From Macrostomum lignano (lineage: Eukaryota), in NCBI GenBank assembly GCA_002269645.1, contig NIVC01002953.1, forward strand, positions 1-41,359: a stretch of 41,359 nt of DNA, written 5' to 3'. The position numbers and the translations under genes were made by a program. Below, in pieces: positions 12,122 to 23,294 of this stretch (the first letter of the stretch is position 1; each line of letters opens with the position of its first letter). Under the pieces are notes generated by a model. The model was not told the DNA's origin and did not search any database. It worked only from the letters and a program-made list of their open reading frames with translations.

Positions 12122-12550
12122 ATCAAGATCTGGTTTCAAAACCGTCGTGCCAAAGAGCGCCGACAGAAGAAGAGCAGCGGCGGCGGCGGCGGAGGTTCGA
12201 AGCCTTCAGCGGCGGCGGCTGCGGCCGCGGACATTTCGAGTGCTCACTCTGAGCAGGATTTCAGCAACATCTGCCACAACAACAACAATAATAACAATAA
12301 CAGCGGCAGCCTCAAGGACGGTGCGGTGCAGCTGGGCAGTCCGTCATCAATGTCCAATCTGTTATTATCTGAAGCGGTTGCTGCATCGCATCTGATGCCT
12401 CATCAGCAGCTGCAGCAGCAGCATCATCAACTGCAGCATCAACTGCAGCAGCAACAGCAGCATCACTTAACTCAGCATCACATGATGTTACAGCATCAGC
12501 AGCAGCATCTTCACGCTTCATCAACAGAAGTGAAGCTGGAGCACGCTTAA
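12122..12550 (+). CDS. Cdx: Cdx coding exon 3 (homeodomain helix 3 plus G/A/N/Q-rich tail)
   Basis: CCCGCAG acceptor; reads IKIWFQNRRAKERRQKK...VKLEHA to TAA at 12548-12550. The three exons total 1374 nt = 457 aa plus stop. The intron at homeodomain position 44/45 is the conserved site. Confidence 0.93.
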   Translation: MKIWFQNRRAKERRQKKSSGGGGGGSKPSAAAAAAADISSAHSEQDFSNICHNNNNNNNNSGSLKDGAVQLGSPSSMSNLLLSEAVAASHLMPHQQLQQQHHQLQHQLQQQQQHHLTQHHMMLQHQQQHLHASSTEVKLEHA

Positions 12551-13399
12551 CAATATATATTTTCAACAATTTAATCAAAGCATTTTACCCTGTCCCTTTA
12601 TCAATTTTAAACGCTTCGAAGTTCAACAACTTTCGAGGGAATTCTTTCCTACAAAAAGGGATTTAAAAAAATCTTTACCGCCTTGTTGCACGATAAAATG
12701 CAATGTGAGTTTCTGTTGTCATGTTTAGCTGTACTGTTATCATCACTAAAAATATGATTTGTTTGTACAGATCATAAAAGCCTGAATGCCAGGCCCACAT
12801 GCATATTACATAATTATTTTGTTTATTTTCTTTTGCGCTAGAGCACTAATTCTCTTTCCTTTAATAATGCTTCTTTTTCAGCAGTAAGGAGTGTCATATT
12901 AACTATATGCTCGATTAATATACATTAATGTGCCAACATTATTTAATTTAGTGAAGATTCAAGAAATATTCGAAAATTTGGTTTGACCATGCATGGTTAT
13001 TGCCACCTTCTGTGTCTTGTGTGTGTGTGCATGGGAATCTGATTAAAATCCACTCACTGTGCTCGCCTATAATTATGAATATTATAGTCCACTCCTTCTC
13101 TCCTGATGCAACTCCGACAACTCGCCTTTTTACTCCTCGACTATTGCATTGTTTCTGTAATCTGTCCTAAGGCAAAGCTATTCGGCATATATTATATATT
13201 GAATAATATAGAAACTCTGTTTAATTTCATACAAATAATAATATTGTTTGTTACTGTTTTATAAACTTTAGTTTAGTTTTGTTATTAAAGCTAAACTTTG
13301 AATTGTTTGAAATAATACTGACTGATTTATATTTAAGATTTTGTATTTTTTCCTGCGCGTTTATTTTAGACGTGAAATGCGATTAATAGAGAGGTGAGT

Positions 13400-14290
13400 G
13401 ATGAGGGAGGGTAAGATGCAGAGGAATGGTAGGGTGAGATGCAGAGGGAGGGTAGGGTGAGATGCAGAGGAATGGGAGGGTAAGATGCAGAGGAATGGTA
13501 GGGTGAGATGCAGAGGGAGGGTAGGGTGAGATGCAGAGGAATGGTAGGGTGAGATGCAGAGGGAGGGTAGGGTGAGATGCAGAGGAATGGTAGGGTGAGA
13601 TGCAGAGGAATGGTAGGGTGAGATGCAGAGGGAGGGTAGGGTGAGATGCAGAGGAATGGTAGGGTGAGATGCAGAGGAATGGTAGGGTGAGATGCAGAGG
13701 GAGGGTAGGGTGAGATGCAGAGGGATGGTAGGGTGAGATGCAGAGAGATGGTAGGGTGAGATGCAGAGAGATGGTAGGGCGAGATGCAGAGGGATGCTAG
13801 GATGAGATGCAGAGGGATGCTAGGATGAGATGCAGAGGGATGGGAGATGGAGATGCAGATGGATGCTAGGATGAGATACAGAGGGATGCTAGGATGAGAT
13901 GCAGAGGGATGGGAGATGGAGATGCAGATGGATGCTAGGATGAGATGCAGAGGGATGCTAGGATGAGATGCAGAGGGATGGGAGATGGAGATGCAGATGG
14001 ATGCTAGGATGAGATACAGAAGGATAGTATAGGGTGAGATGCAGAGGGATGCTAGGATGAGATACAGAGGGATGCTAGGATGAGATGCAGAGGGATGGTA
14101 GAGTGAGACGCATAGAGATGCAGAGGGAGGCCAGGGTGAGATGCAGAAGGATGGGAGATGGAGATGCAGATGGATGCTAGGATGAGATACAGAGGGATGC
14201 TAGGATGAGATGCAGAGGGATGGGAGAGTGAGACGCATAGAGATGCAGAGGGAGGCCAGGGTGAGATGCAGGATGGGAGATGCAGATGCA
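13400..14290. repeat. Purine-rich 23-bp minisatellite GGGTGAGATGCAGAGG(A/G)A(T/G)GGTA and variants
   Basis: About 35-40 tandem units whose variants change progressively along the array. Confidence 0.92.
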
Positions 14291-14424
14291 AGGAGTACTG
14301 TTGCGTGTTCTCAATACTCGTGCATCATGTAATCTTGTGCATTATTGATACAGCTTGTCGTGTACATGAATTTTGTAGTTTTAAACTCTGGTAGTTTTGT
14401 ATCTCTACAACACTTATGGATTTA

Positions 14425-14478
14425 GCGGGTGTCGGCTGCCCCCCCCCCCCCCAGGGAAAAACCTTGGATACGACACTG
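14425..14478. mobile_element. Possible isolated right end of a hAT-type MITE
   Basis: A poly-C tract followed by GGATACGACACTG resembles the right end (CCTACGCCACTG) of the 19018-19209 element. No left end was found. Confidence 0.35.
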
Positions 14479-17251
14479 CACTAAACTAATGTACTCGTAA
14501 GAACTGCATATAGTAACTACAGCAGTTACAACTGCACAGACACTGCACCTGCTTAAGTCTGGTATCGCGCACTTCTGAAGGAAACATTAGAAAGTTAATA
14601 AACTTGATGCCGCTGAATTATAGTCCGAGCATAATATTTATATTATCTGCATCTGCACTCACAATTTACACGACCATTGATCATTGAAAATGGACCCACT
14701 TTGGTAACTGGTTGGCGGTTGAAAATGCATTGTATTTATTACAGCACCGTTTTACGCCGCGCTAAAATTCTAATTCTTTAAACAACTTCAAACGAAGCCG
14801 CGCCTTTGGCCTTTTTCCGCCACCTACCCAGTACCCCACCCGTTTTTACCGCCAACCAAACTAATTTAATAATATAGCCTGATTAAGTGTGACAAAGCGA
14901 GCAATGTGTTGTATTTATATTATAAGTTACGTTACTGTTTTATAATAATTACAGTAGATGGCTCCCAGACTCCAGAGATAGAGAGCACAGCACATGGCAC
15001 AATCCGGTCACAATTAAGATCTTCATAATTTACTCACTCAAAAAGCCGAATTAAAATTTGACTTTGTGAGGCCAGGTGAGACTGAGAGAAGAGTTAAATA
15101 AGGTTTGCTCAGCTCAGACTCTCAGATGCTTTTTCTTAATTACTTAATTAACAAAAGCCATGTATATGGAGTGCTAAATATGTACCATTGGTGGTTTATA
15201 CTTTAAAATCTCTCAATACGATCTAGTGATTAGTGACAATTTTAAATCCGAATTCGAAAGCGATTTACCTCGTCATCAAGTTTGAAGTATTCTAATTTAC
15301 AGTTTTTTTTTCAGGACGGTTTGGTTGCTTTATTCATTTTTGTTCTAATTAGATAAAGGTAAATTAAAATTTAATTACATAATAAGGTAGTCTTTCATTC
15401 ATTAATTTCACACTGATATTCGGACTGTCACGTTGCTTTGCTTTTAATAGTTTACGTAGAAACTTTACGCCGCTTTTAATAATGAGAATGATGATGACTC
15501 GAGAAAGGGATAAAGCTGAAAAAAGTTATCGTTTCAACCTTAACTGAGTTTATTTTTACTTTCCGAGTGGGTAAGGGGTGGGTTGGGGTTCGGGGTTGCG
15601 CCTTTTAGTTGAGGGAGGCAATAACTTTACCAGTGGGTCGGGACGGGGAAGGTCATAAAAGTCAACCAAACCCCCCCCCCACACACACACATACGGTCGA
15701 GCCCCACCCCCCCGCGTCCGGGAGAGTGGGGTTGGTTTTCGTTTCCGAAAAAAACTGGGATAAGAGGGGCCATTGCCAGTGGGTGGCCCATACTAATGGC
15801 CAGTAAGTAGTAGGCGAAGTGTGGGTTGTATTGTGTTGTGTTGTGTCTGTGTAAAAGTAAATTGTTAGTTCGGAGCTCGGTCCGAGAGACTAGACTAAAG
15901 AAGACAAGGACACTTGTCCTTTTCCGAACGAACATGTTGTTGGTTTTGAATTTTGAATTTGGTTTTGAATCTAATCCTACAGAAATGATCAACTACTAGC
16001 TACTACCTCCTATTAATCTCAAATTGACGACAATCACGTATATGATACAGAATTTTTATGTTCAATGTAAATTAAGATGTAAATGTTTACATTTTACACG
16101 ATTTTTATCGTGTTTTGTTAGTTAGAAAAGAATTTGGCAGAAAGAACAAAAACACAATGCACCAGAAATCCTCTGTACTGTATGAGAAAGAATCAACTAA
16201 GATCTTGTCTTGTTTGAGATCTAAGTCTGATCTTGCCTTGTTGCTATATTGCTATACGTCTCATGTTTGTGTCTTTCAGACGCAAAGTCTGCATGTTTTG
16301 AGTCTGATTCTGATATGGCGGTGTGCCAATCCAATCCGGGGAGTCGTGCCGACTACTTTTTATTTCTACTTCTAAAACTTTGCCTGTGTATTTTGAGTTG
16401 GGAATGTGGGATCCGGCCTCTTTTATTCATATTTGGTCGTTTACAACAATGTGATGTGAAATGATACAATGTAGAGACAATGATCGACTCAAATCAATGA
16501 ATGGCAAAAAATAGAATAGAAATGAAGGAAGGGATCAGCTCAGCTCTCGACTCTCAGTTCTCCCATCGCACCAACTCATGTCCCACACGCCACACGTGAT
16601 TTGATTGAAAATTTGAATCGATTAAAAAAGCGTTAAATTTAAACAAAAATGCTATTATTTAAACCATTTCCACTTGTGAGACTGTTTTGAATTGAGTTGA
16701 GAAGAGTCGCAAAATTTTAATTGTTTTTTGCGTGTTTAGAAAGAGCCAGTGCAATGCTGTATGTAATTGCATATGCAGAGAGAGTGGCATTGCATTCGAA
16801 TTCAAGTGGTATTAGGGGGCATTTTGTGGTGCAATATTAGTGTGCATCGGCGCGTATGAAGTATTGTATTATATATACATATAGTAGGATAAAGTATTAT
16901 GGCCACTGGACAATTTTCACAATACCGGCCGCCGGCCACTGTTCTCAATTCAACCAATTTAGGGGGCCCGCCCATATAAGCCCACCCGACCCGCCAACCG
17001 CCCCTCTGCGCGCAAGGCTCCATTATAACCTCTCCCCGCCCGACCAAAGCTAACTTCTCTTTGATCTTTGCCGCCACACAGGCGCGCGCGGCTGGACGGG
17101 GCCAACGCACCAATGCAATTGCAGATTTGCAGTGCTTTTTTACGCTACGCCACCACACCAGACAGGGACTACTAGATTTCACTACTATCTGGAGTGGAAA
17201 CTGTCTGTTCCATTTTAAATTAGGGATAGAATTCTAAAAACGGTATTTTTA

Positions 17252-17996
17252 TGTGCTGGCGCCCCTTGGTGCTGGCGCCCCTTGGTGCTGGCGCCCCTTG
17301 GTGCTGGCGCCCCTTGGTGCTGGCGCCCCTTGGTGCTGGCGCCCCTTGGTGCTGGCGCCCCTTGGTGCTGGCGCCCCTTGGTGCTGGCGCCCCTTGGTGC
17401 TGGCGCCCCTTGGTGCTGGCGCCCCTTGGTGCTGGCGCCCCTTGGTGCTGGCGCCCCTTGGTGCTGGCGCCCCTTGGTGCTGGCGCCCCTTGGTGCTGGC
17501 GCCCCTTGGTGCTGGCGCCCCTTGGTGCTGGCGCCCTTGGTGCTGGCGCCCCTTGGTGCTGGCGCCCCTTGGTGCTGGCGCCCCTTGGTGCTGGCGCCCC
17601 TTGGTGCTGGCGCCCCTTGGTGCTGGCGCCCCTTGGTGCTGGCGCCCCTTGGTGCTGGCGCCCCTTGGTGCTGGCGCCCCTTGGTGCTGGCGCCCCTTGG
17701 TGCTGGCGCCCCTTGGTGCTGGCGCCCCTTGGTGCTGGCGCCCCTTGGTGCTGGCGCCCCTTGGTGCTGGCGCCCCTTGGTGCTGGCGCCCCTTGGTGCT
17801 GGCGCCCCTTGGTGCTGGCGCCCCTTGGTGCTGGCGCCCCTTGGTGCTGGCGCCCCTTGGTGCTGGCGCCCCTTGGTGCTGGCGCCCCTTGGTGCTGGCG
17901 CCCCTTGGTGCTGGCGCCCCTTGGTGCTGGCGCCCCTTGGTGCTGGCGCCCCTTGGTGCTGGCGCCCCTTGGTGCTGGCGCCCCTTGGTGCTGGCA
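17252..17996. repeat. GC-rich 16-bp tandem array GCTGGCGCCCCTTGGT
   Basis: About 46 copies, identical except one 15-bp unit near 17530. The unit has no stop codon in any frame, which explains the five long ORFs listed here. Confidence 0.97.
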
Positions 17997-19017
17997 AATC
18001 AAGTACCACTGTACCACCCTTCCGCATCCCACTCAGAATCTTTGAACTCCGTAACTAACGAACCCTTTCTTCGACTTGCTGCATGAATTGGTGGCGGCAG
18101 CAACTATAAGGGCAATGCCAATTGCCGAACCAAACAAAAACTCTTAATTTTCCCTTTTCTTTCTGTTCCGTCCTCCATTTTCTTAATCCCCTTACCGAGC
18201 CAATCTCTTAGTACTGCTTACTATGCATAGTTTATATTTATACGCTTTATTAGTCCAGGTAATATAGGTTACCACTTACCACTACCACAATGTAACCTGT
18301 GAATTAATGCCACCCCACCCCTACGCCAACCACTCCCCCTCTCTCTATCCTTCTTCCATTCGTAAAGTTTTTTTTCTGCCAACCATTCATTGCCTTTGCA
18401 GACAGAACCAAGACAGACCAAACCATGACCCTTAATATCTATGCGTCTGTCTGTCTAGCTTACCTATGCAATAGTTGGCGACTTCAGAAAAGAATCAGAA
18501 CCCTCGCGTGGGGATGCCTGTGGATTTAGATAGATGGAGGGGGACCAACCGATGTCTGTTATCAGGTTTTGCTAGCTGCAAAGGCTTGCATTTGTAATTA
18601 ACCTGTAACCTTAGATTTTACATCCATCTGTCTTTCAGAGCACACATTGAAAAGTTGTAATTGTATTGTATAGCTATTTAACATTTTATCTAGTTCGCGA
18701 ATTTAATTCCAGTGATTTGTAAAGACAATTGCTAATTTAAGAAAAATAAAACGGTTTTCTATAGTCTAAAAACAAAAATTGCGATTCATGTAACAGTTGC
18801 ACTACTAATGGGAATTATAAGTAGTCTATAAGGTTCTGATTCTCAACAATCGGGATAAATAAATTAAGCTTGTTGAACAAAAATGTATGCTGATGAGAGC
18901 AGAAATTTTTTTGTTAGACAGGAATAATTGTACATCATGTCATCACTTAGTAGAATAAGCAGTGAATCAATTTGGATGGCAACGTAGTTTTAGTCTGGGT
19001 TAGTAGTGGGTAGGTAA

Positions 19018-19209
19018 CAGGGGCGTAGCCAGGAATTTCCTACGGGGGGGATACACCAAGGTGAATTTTCTACGGGGGGGGATACACCAAGGTAAAAGTG
19101 CTCACATGGTAGCATGTATAGCGAAAAAGGGCAACAAAAAAGTTTTGGTGAGGCTCTTCGGGGGGGGGAGATACACCCCCCCCCCTGATCCCCCCACCCT
19201 ACGCCACTG
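19018..19209. mobile_element. 192-bp hAT-superfamily MITE
   Basis: TIRs CAGGGGCGTAG...CTACGCCACTG. An exact 8-bp target-site duplication GTAGGTAA lies at 19010-19017 and 19210-19217. Confidence 0.88.
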
Positions 19210-19289
19210 GTAGGTAACAGTATTTTATTTGAAGGCTCAATTCACACGTAGCACGTACATTTGTAAGTTGGAAAGTTTTACAAATTTTT

Positions 19290-19570
19290 ATGTCAAGGCT
19301 TATGGGGGAACGGCTGAGATGGCAAAGCTTACTGGGGGCATTGATGAGATGTCAAAACTCGAGTTTAACTGCTGAGATGTCAAGGCTTACTGGGGGAATT
19401 GCTGAAATTTCCAAGCTTACCGGGGGAATTGCTGAAATTTCCAAGCTTACCGGGGGAATTGCTAAAATTTCCAGGCTTACCGGGGGAATTGCTTAAATGT
19501 CAAGGCTTACGGGGGGAAGTGCTAAGATATCAAAGCTCACTAGTGGAATCGCTGAGACGTCAAGACTTAC
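19290..19570 (+). repeat. Degenerate 30-bp repeat reading as decapeptide (I-A-E-I/M-S-K/R-L-T-G-G)n
   Basis: About 9 units of consensus ATTGCTGAAATTTCCAAGCTTACCGGGGGA. One in-frame TAA and local indels. Confidence 0.75.
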
Positions 19571-19901
19571 ACATAAGGATAGGATATACATAAATAATTT
19601 TCGTCCCTTGCACCTTGCTTATTGGACGCCCGAAGGGCACAATATGTCTAGTTTTATGGCTAAATTTGATAATTTTCAACACCTTATAAACTTCTTAATC
19701 AGAACGGCATGGTTACTGGGAAACGGAAAATTGTCTGTAGTAAAACTTCCCTCCTTCAAAAATATATCATCATTGACACAAGAGTACACGCTGAAATTCA
19801 CAAACTGGAATTTCCAAATACAAGAAAACATTATTGGCATTTACGAGTATGTTCTTGGGAATTTTCTTGTTCCTATACTACCAAAAATGGTCCTTGGCTG
19901 G

Positions 19902-20387
19902 CTACGTCTCTCGAAGCCACATGACATCTTTCGGCCAGGTGTCAACTTCTGACAAGTCCAACCTGGCTCCGGGATCATCAACGGACGGCTCCGCCCCTGC
20001 TGAGGAAGCCAGCAGCTTGTGCGGAGCAAAGCGCAGCTGCTCGGACATTAGCCGAGCCGCAGCAGCCGCAGATTCGGCCGGCACCCCAAGCAGCAGTACG
20101 CCCGTCACGTTCGACCACGCGAGCGGACCGCTGGCGGCGAGCTGCAGGCTGCTCAGCCCGGCGAACGCCATGTCCCACTTGATCAGCAGCTTCGGCGCTG
20201 GCCATGGCGACATCGATGCGAGAATCACGTCGAGTCGGACGTCGCCAACTCGAACTCTGTCGACCTCTTCTTCGATAGCTTCCTCCTCGTGGCTGGTCGA
20301 TGGACCAGCGTCCCCGTAACTTGACGACTCAGAGAACGCTGGCAGGAGTCGCGGTCTGGAGAGATCCACGCATGCGTTGGAGACCAC
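19902..20387 (-). pseudogene. Probable 3' exon of a FkbM-like SAM methyltransferase gene
   Basis: CGCAG acceptor before GTG at 20387. VVSNACVD...VRLDVILASM...LLIKWD...NVTGVLL resembles the FkbM C-terminal pattern (NAV..; LDxl; iKiD). GC-rich host-like codons. Confidence 0.5.
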
Positions 20388-20516
20388 CTGCGATGAATGA
20401 TGGTTGATTGCGGGCGCTGCTGTAATCCCGCATGGGGTCGGGACGGTACGAGCGTAGAGTCCTTCCTACGAGTAATAGCACTAATTGATTGCTCAAACAG
20501 GTAAATATAGACAACC

Positions 20517-20570
20517 CAGGGGCGTCGCCATGGATTTCGTGGGGGGGGGGGCAAAGCCCAGAATTCCACT
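20517..20570 (+). mobile_element. Left end of a hAT-type non-autonomous element
   Basis: CAGGGGCGTCGCCATGGATTT followed by a poly-G tract, the same layout as the left end of 19018-19209. Confidence 0.5.
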
Positions 20571-20866
20571 TGACTAAATTTCAGATTATGGCGTGCATTT
20601 AAACAGAAAGAAGTGTGAATTTCGTCTCAACAAGATTGCATTCCTCGGATACGTTATTGACGAAAATGGACTTCACCCATCAAACGAGAAAGTTGAGGCA
20701 ATTCACAATGCACCGGCACCAACAAATGCAACCGAAGTTCGCTCTCTAATTGGAATGATATCCTACTACGCGAAGTTCATCCCGAATCTGTCGTCGATTC
20801 TGGTACCGCTCAATCGACTGTTGTGCAAGGAATCGGAGTTTCGCTGGAGTGAGGAGTGCAACGCTG
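20571..20866 (+). mobile_element. Ty3/Gypsy pol fragment (RT thumb/connection)
   Basis: LNRKKCEF...IAFLGYVIDENGLHPSNEKVEAI...EVRSLIGMISYYAKFIPNLS...PLNRLL...FRWSEEC is the typical Gypsy RT C-terminus. It is cut at 20866 by an LTR. Confidence 0.9.
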
Positions 20867-21062
20867 TGTAGGGTTGCGTTTGGTTTGGGCCGTCGGGGTG
20901 GGAGCTGCTCTATTAGTATATGTACTTGCATCTCGTTTTCTTCTCTGTACATGCCCACCACCCCAGTTGGGTGAGTCACTTTAATCGATCTATCATCGCT
21001 GACTATTTAATCGCTCGTCAAAATACACTTCGTAAACTTACTCTAAATTCTCGGCTCTTACA
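20867..21062 (+). mobile_element. 5' LTR (196 bp) of a second Ty3/Gypsy element
   Basis: Starts TGTA and ends TACA. It interrupts the RT fragment and is followed after 1 nt by a PBS and gag. Confidence 0.75.
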
Positions 21063-21063
21063 T

Positions 21064-21074
21064 TGGTGGCAGCG
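21064..21074 (+). promoter_or_regulatory. Primer-binding site TGGTGGCAGCG
   Basis: Lies immediately after the LTR. It is complementary to the 3' end of eukaryotic tRNA-Leu(AAG)-type tRNAs (...CGCTGCCACCA). Confidence 0.7.
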
Positions 21075-21096
21075 AGAACCCAGTGCAAGTGCACTC

Positions 21097-21680
21097 ATGG
21101 CCCTGAACACCCTTCTACTGCCAAAGTTCAGTGGAACAGACGGCACTGACGTGAGAAAGTGGCTGCGCATCTTTGAGGAATTTGCCAACGATGCGAAATG
21201 GGACGACGCGACCTCAGCGTCGAAGGTGAAGCTGCTGCTCACGGGAGAAGCCCAACTGGTCGTCTGGGACCTGGCCGAGACAAGACAAAAGAGTTTTAAA
21301 AGTATAAAGGAGGACCTCACAAAGTTTTATGGAGGCGAAGCCGACAGCTTTAAGGCCATGAGCGACTTCTACGCGAAAAAACGTGGAGATGCCGAGACAC
21401 TGCGTGAGCTCTGCTTTAACCTGAAGCTGCTACACCAGAAAGCCAGACCGGAGGACTCAATTGCTCAGCGAGACCGAGATGTGCGCTTCAAGCTTCTGCA
21501 GCTGCTCAAGGCCGACATTCGTGACAACCTGCTTAAGGCAGAGGACGCAGAGACCTGCAGCCTGGAGACTCTGCTGCAGCGGGCGGCTCGGCTGGAGGAG
21601 CTGGCTGGGCGACAGTCGGTGGCGGCAGTCGCAGCCGTCAGCGCTACATCATCGGCAGAACCAAGCGAGGCCCAGCGCCC
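21097..21680 (+). mobile_element. Ty3/Gypsy gag (capsid), 3'-truncated
   Basis: ATG at 21097; LPKFSG...WLRIFEEFA...KW...LLLTGEAQ...F...E...ELCFNLKLL is the retrotransposon gag capsid pattern. No zinc knuckle or protease follows. Confidence 0.82.
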
Positions 21681-22095
21681 CCTAGAGACGGTTGCCAAGG
21701 TAAACACGCCAAGGCCGGAGCCAATATCCAATAGCCAGTGATTTTGATCCGTTTCATCTTTGCCGCCGAGGAGTTCGAGCACCGTCTCAACAGCTTCGTA
21801 GCCCTTGTCAGCGCCCGACAATAATCGTCGGGAGGTCTCGTCCTCGCTAGAGTAAGTCGCCACTGTCAGAGCCAGCGACTCGAGGTGGGCGGACTGCTCG
21901 CTAGCCAACTTGGGAAAGGCGGTTAAGCGTTTGATATAGCACAAATTTCTCGTGTGCCTGGGTCGGTAGCATACCCGGTCCCAGGTGGCTTGGTCGTACT
22001 GCTCCGATTTGACCTCCCAGCATTTGTCTAAAGGTTTGAGTTGCTTTTTCGGTTTCCGGAGCATATGTTTAGCGGTTTTAGATACTGCAGGTTTT
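21680..22095 (-). pseudogene. FkbM-like SAM methyltransferase exon 2, truncated by the retroelement block
   Basis: TTGCAG acceptor at 22096-22097, phase 2, matching the exon 1 donor. It ends ...HWLLDIGSGLGVFTLATVSRG, a SAM-binding motif I. Confidence 0.7.
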
Positions 22096-22284
22096 CTGCA
22101 ACATGAAATGAGTCAAACAAATCTATGTTAAAATTGAAGATGCGGTAACCATGCAGCTACAGCAACTGACTGCCGATGACAGCTGACTGCTAACCCTAGC
22201 TGTAACCCTAAACCTAATCTAGTCCCTAATCCTAATCCTAACCTCAATGGCATAGAGGGCAAATTTCATGAAGAAAAATCTTAC

Positions 22285-22604
22285 AATGTTGTGCTTGTAC
22301 GGGCACGACTACTTGTGGCAACAGTTGTCGCGGGTGAATCATGTCGCGGAGTCCGAGTAGTCATTGACAATAGCTTCTTTACTGCTATGCTTGTTGTTAA
22401 ATCGACATTTAAACTTGGTTTTGAATCAGCAATAGCAGTCTGCTGCATCAGGGATGCTGCACTTTTATCACTGTAATTGTCTCTTTCTGAAAGTGGACGA
22501 TTGTACAGCAGAACAAATGCTAGAAGCAGGCACAGCAGACACGCGTGCCGTCTCCAGCCTCTAAACTGCCACTGAAGCTGCTTGGCTAGGCAGACACGAA
22601 CCAT
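22285..22604 (-). pseudogene. FkbM-like gene exon 1: type II membrane anchor and S/T-rich stem
   Basis: MVRVCLAKQ...RRHACLLCLLLAFVLLYNRP has a basic cytosolic tail then a hydrophobic anchor. GTAAGA donor at 22284, phase 2. Confidence 0.65.
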
Positions 22605-22770
22605 ACGGGGAGCAATGCTGTTTTAGAGTTCACAATCCAGCTAGAGATCCCGGATTCTGCAGGGTTTCCAAGCCTTTCATCAGTCAGGTACCTGCTTTTA
22701 AACACCAGCGGGCCGCTGAGGCTGGATGGTGGGAAAGAAAATTGGCAGGAGAATGCTGTCCCCTTACCTA

Positions 22771-23182
22771 CTACAAGACCTGTACCAGCACGCGCGGGTG
22801 TCCCATTGTTTCTGAGGAGGGAGTGTACTCTCCTAAGTTGTACTGCCAGGGGTGAGTAGATCTCCAGGTTTTGGCTAATGGAGATTCAGAAGCCTGCCTC
22901 TTGTTGTGCAGGCCAATATTCTCTCTTTGCTTTCTATTCCTCTGTTCTGTGTTCAATTTCCTGGTAATATACTCAGCAAAAATCTGTCTACATGCATATA
23001 TGCTCGCAAAAGATGGAGTCCCTCTTATGCGTACATAAATAATGCAGCTTGTAAAAATCTCCGCTAGAGAAGTGTAGAATTTCTAGCCTGTTTTTGTGCC
23101 AAGAGCCACTAATTTTTAACATCTGCTGCCTTCTTGGCATGTAGTTCTCGGGATTGAAGCTTGAAACTTTAGCCATAGACAA
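22771..23182 (-). pseudogene. Unidentified ORF with one apparent frameshift and a C-x-H...C-x-H motif
   Basis: The ORFs 22988-23182 and 22771-22956 join if 2 nt are restored in an AT dinucleotide run near 22995, giving YLCTHKRDSIFCEHIYACRQIFAEY. Confidence 0.3.
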
Positions 23183-23294
23183 TTACAAATTAATAAATAA
23201 TGATAATAATGTTGTTTGAGATTAAGCCAGCAAGCAGGCTGAGTTCGTTCTCTTAGTTAGGTGAGCACAAAACTGGTGACAAGCTTAGAAGAAA

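Noticed and set aside
17215-18086. Five overlapping ORFs of 258-277 aa
   Set aside because: All are frames of the stop-free 16-bp array.
20920-21096. N-terminal part of the listed 273-aa ORF
   Set aside because: It is LTR and PBS sequence; gag most plausibly starts at ATG 21097.
20517-21685. Idea that the whole retro-fragment block is one hAT Pack element bounded by CAGGGGCG and CGCCCCCTA
   Set aside because: The flanks (AGACAACC versus GAGACGGT) are not an 8-bp TSD, and the right motif lies within sequence explained by the methyltransferase/gag junction.
22190-22245. CCCTAA-like telomeric motifs
   Set aside because: There are only a few degenerate units inside a small intron, not a telomeric array.
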